Shown here one piece after another: positions 61,363 through 64,000 of a DNA stretch of 64,000 nucleotides. Position 1 is the first letter of the stretch; the number at the start of each line of letters is the position of its first letter. Location of the stretch: assembly GCF_036321535.1 (NCBI RefSeq), contig NC_087437.1:46006001-46070000 (forward strand), read 5' to 3'. The position numbers and the translations under genes are program-made. Source of the DNA: Camelus dromedarius (lineage: Eukaryota). The notes under the pieces are model-generated. The model was given only the letters and a program-made list of their open reading frames with translations. It was not told the DNA's origin and ran no database searches.

Positions 61363-64000
61363 GGGGGCGGAGATCAAGATGGCGGAAAAGAAGGATGCGG
61401 AGCTCACCTCCTCTCACAAATACATCAAAAATACATCCACATGTGGAACACTTCTCACAGAATACCTGCTGGACACTGGCAGAAGATCTCATACAACCAA
61501 AGCTAGAAGAAAGATCACTACGTAACTAGGTAGGACAAGAGGGAAAAAAACAGGAATTGGGACAAGACCTGCACCCTTGGGAGGGAGCTGTGAAAAGGGA
61601 AACAGTTCTCTCACGCTGGGAACCCCCGTCACAGGCTTGGAGATCAGCCAGAACAGACAGGGAGCTTCAGGGGCTCAGAGGAGAGTGCAGCAGCCGGCCT
61701 ACAGCAGGCAGCACAGAGAGAGACCAGCACAGACAGTCCTTGCCACCTCGCTGCACTTCCTAGCATGAAACGTGTTCCTGCTAGTGTGTGCAGCAGCTGG
61801 GTGCTGAGACTCAGGCTTCAGTGGATAGACCCAGGGACAGGACTCGATTTGGCTTTGTAGAGACAGCCTAATGGGGCTGGAGAATGTTCCAGGCTGCACC
61901 TGGGGATGTGCATAGGATGGAGCCCTGGTCCAACACAGGAGCCCCATAGTCAACATGTGCGCAAAGGGAGGGGTGGGCCCCGCCATAGCAGCCTCATTCT
62001 CTGGTGCTGACAGTGGGTGTGGCTCTACTGCTATGAGCTCTGGGAGTGCACAAGCACCTAAAGGTTGTCCACACATGGAGGTGGGGCTAAAACCTGAGCC
62101 TATTGTCAGTGCTCCCAAGGCAGAGGTGGGGCCAAGGGCAGTGCCAACAACAGTGTACTTTGTAAGCCTGCACACCAGGTGGCAGGTGACATCACAGAGC
62201 ACAGGTCCCAGGGGACAGCTGCTGGGGAGGAATACGCTGCTGCTCCTTTCCCAGTAGGAACAGTCTAGACTCATTTACCTCACACCAGAGCTTAGAACTG
62301 GATCTGGGGGCTTCTCCAACAACTGGGGAGCATAACATGCCCCCAATAGTGCTATGACAACCACAGAGCAAAGAGGAGGCCCCGAGTGCAGGCACTGATC
62401 AACACAACATCAATCACACCCCTTATCAAGGGAATAATGACCCACACAAACTAAGGAAAGACGCAGCAGGCATCCATCCCCAAAACAATCCTCACACCAA
62501 AAATACTGGACTTACACAGACTATACAGGGACACTTCCACATAAAACAGCCCTTCAAGACCACAATAGATAACTGTTTCTCCTAAATTCATAGAGTCAGA
62601 AAAATATAAATAAAATGAAAAAGAAGAGGAATCACTCCCAATTAAAAGAACAAGAGAAATTCTTTGAAAGAACAGTCGATGAAACAGACCTCTTCAGTCT
62701 ACCAGACCCCAAGTTCAAAAAGTAGGTAATAAAAATGCTGAAGGAATTAAGAAAGGCTATTGACAGAAATGTAGATCACCATAACAAGGAACTAGAAACT
62801 GTAAAGAGGTGCCAATCAAAATTTTACAACTCAATTGCTGAGATGAAAACTAAGTTCAAGACAATAAATAGCAAACTAAGTAATGTAGAAGAATAAATAA
62901 GTGATCCGGAAGATAGAATAATGGAAATCACCCAATCAAAAGAGCAGACAGAAAGACAAATGAAAAAATAAATAAATAAAAGCAATATAGGAGACCTATG
63001 GGATAATATAAAGTGGGCCAATCCATGCATAATGAGGAAATTCATAAGGAGAAGAAAGAGGAAAGGTGGCCAAAAACGTATTTAAAGAACTTATGGCTGA
63101 GAATTTCCCAAACCTAAAAAGGAAACGGATATCCAGGTACAGGAAGCACAGGTCCCAAATAAAATAAACCCAAACAGACCTACACCAAGACATATCATAA
63201 TTAAAATGGCAAAAATTAAAGAAAAAGAGATTATTCTAAAGGCAACAAGAGAAAAACAGTTACAAGGGAACCCTCGTAAGGTTAGCAGTTGATTTCTCCA
63301 CAGAAATTTTGCTGCCCAAAAGGGAGTGGCAAGATATATTCCAAGTCCTGAAAGGAAAAAAAGTCTGCAACCTAGGATACTCCACCTAGCAAGATTATCA
63401 TTTAGAATAGAAGAAGAGATGAAGAATTTCTCAGTCAAGTAAAAACTAAAAGAATACAGCAATACTAAACCTATCCTGAAAGAAACATAGAAAACTCTTC
63501 TCTAAACAGAAAAGAAGCAAAAATCTACAAGAATTACAATAAGTAAAGAAAATATATAAAAGGATTATAGATCACTTAAATAAGCCAATATACAGATTTA
63601 AAAAAAATCAAAAATTTTTTGTGAAAGTGATTATAACTATGATGAACAGCAAAAGGGTAAACATGAAGATGTAAAATAGGACATCTAAATCATAAAACGT
63701 GGTGGAGGGGGTAACAAAATGTAGATTTTTGTTTGTTTTAGAATATGTTTGAGCTTATATGACTACCACTCTAAAGCAAGTAGATATAGTCAGGAGTTAA
63801 CATACTTGAAAACCAGTGTAACCACACATCAAAAGCATACAAAAGCCAAAAAGAAGAGAACTCAAGCATAATACAAAAGAAAACCATCAAACCACAAAAG
63901 CAAAAGGCCAACAAAAACAAAAAGAAAAGGAAGGAACAAAGAAGAAATACAAAATTAACCAGAAAACAGGTTTAAAATGGCAATAAATATGTAGTTATCA
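61363..64000 (+). mobile_element. 5' part of an originally full-length L1: 5' UTR (about 1.25 kb), ORF1, long spacer, ORF2 start
   Basis: GGGGG start followed by the YY1 motif CAAGATGGC (61375). ORF1 homology from ATG 62615. ORF2-type start ATGGCAATAAAT at 63977. Confidence 0.92.
62615..63505 (+). pseudogene. Inactivated L1 ORF1
   Basis: MKKKRNHSQLKEQEK...LPDPKFKK* followed by coiled-coil-like heptads and the ENFPNL, RPTPRHIIIKM and 'caacctaggatactccacctagcaag' motifs. Several stops and frameshifts. Confidence 0.88.

Noticed and set aside
61699..62274. 191-aa antisense ORF in the L1 5' UTR (ORF0-like?)
   Set aside because: GC-rich UTR of a heavily mutated L1 with no recognisable domain. ORF0 is described for primate L1. 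Best treated as chance unless it is conserved in the subfamily consensus.

Overview
Repeat-rich mammalian genomic DNA, most likely camelid (two tRNA-derived Vic-1-type SINEs and camelid-style L1 3' ends). I find no intact protein-coding sequence. A strong CpG island at about 14.2-16.0 kb holds a minus-strand, ATG-free first exon ending in CAG|GTAAGC at 14901/14900. From memory this exon matches the 5' UTR of TBL1XR1, which needs an alignment to confirm. On that reading, 1-14900 is intron 1 and the rest is upstream/intergenic DNA. That DNA contains L1, L2, MIR, MaLR/ERVL/ERV1 LTRs, hAT and Tigger MITEs, microsatellites, a decayed ERVL pol region (about 57.2-60.9 kb) and the 5' part of a dead, originally full-length L1 (61.4-64 kb). 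I see no evidence of a new multi-gene system. The best leads are regulatory: a pure (CGG)15 tract in the promoter, candidate alternative 5'-UTR exons (one with a uORF), an exact AP-1/IRF composite element beside an upstream splice donor, and an orphan CpG-rich patch built on a MIR. Repeat names come from recalled consensus sequences, and repeat boundaries are approximate.
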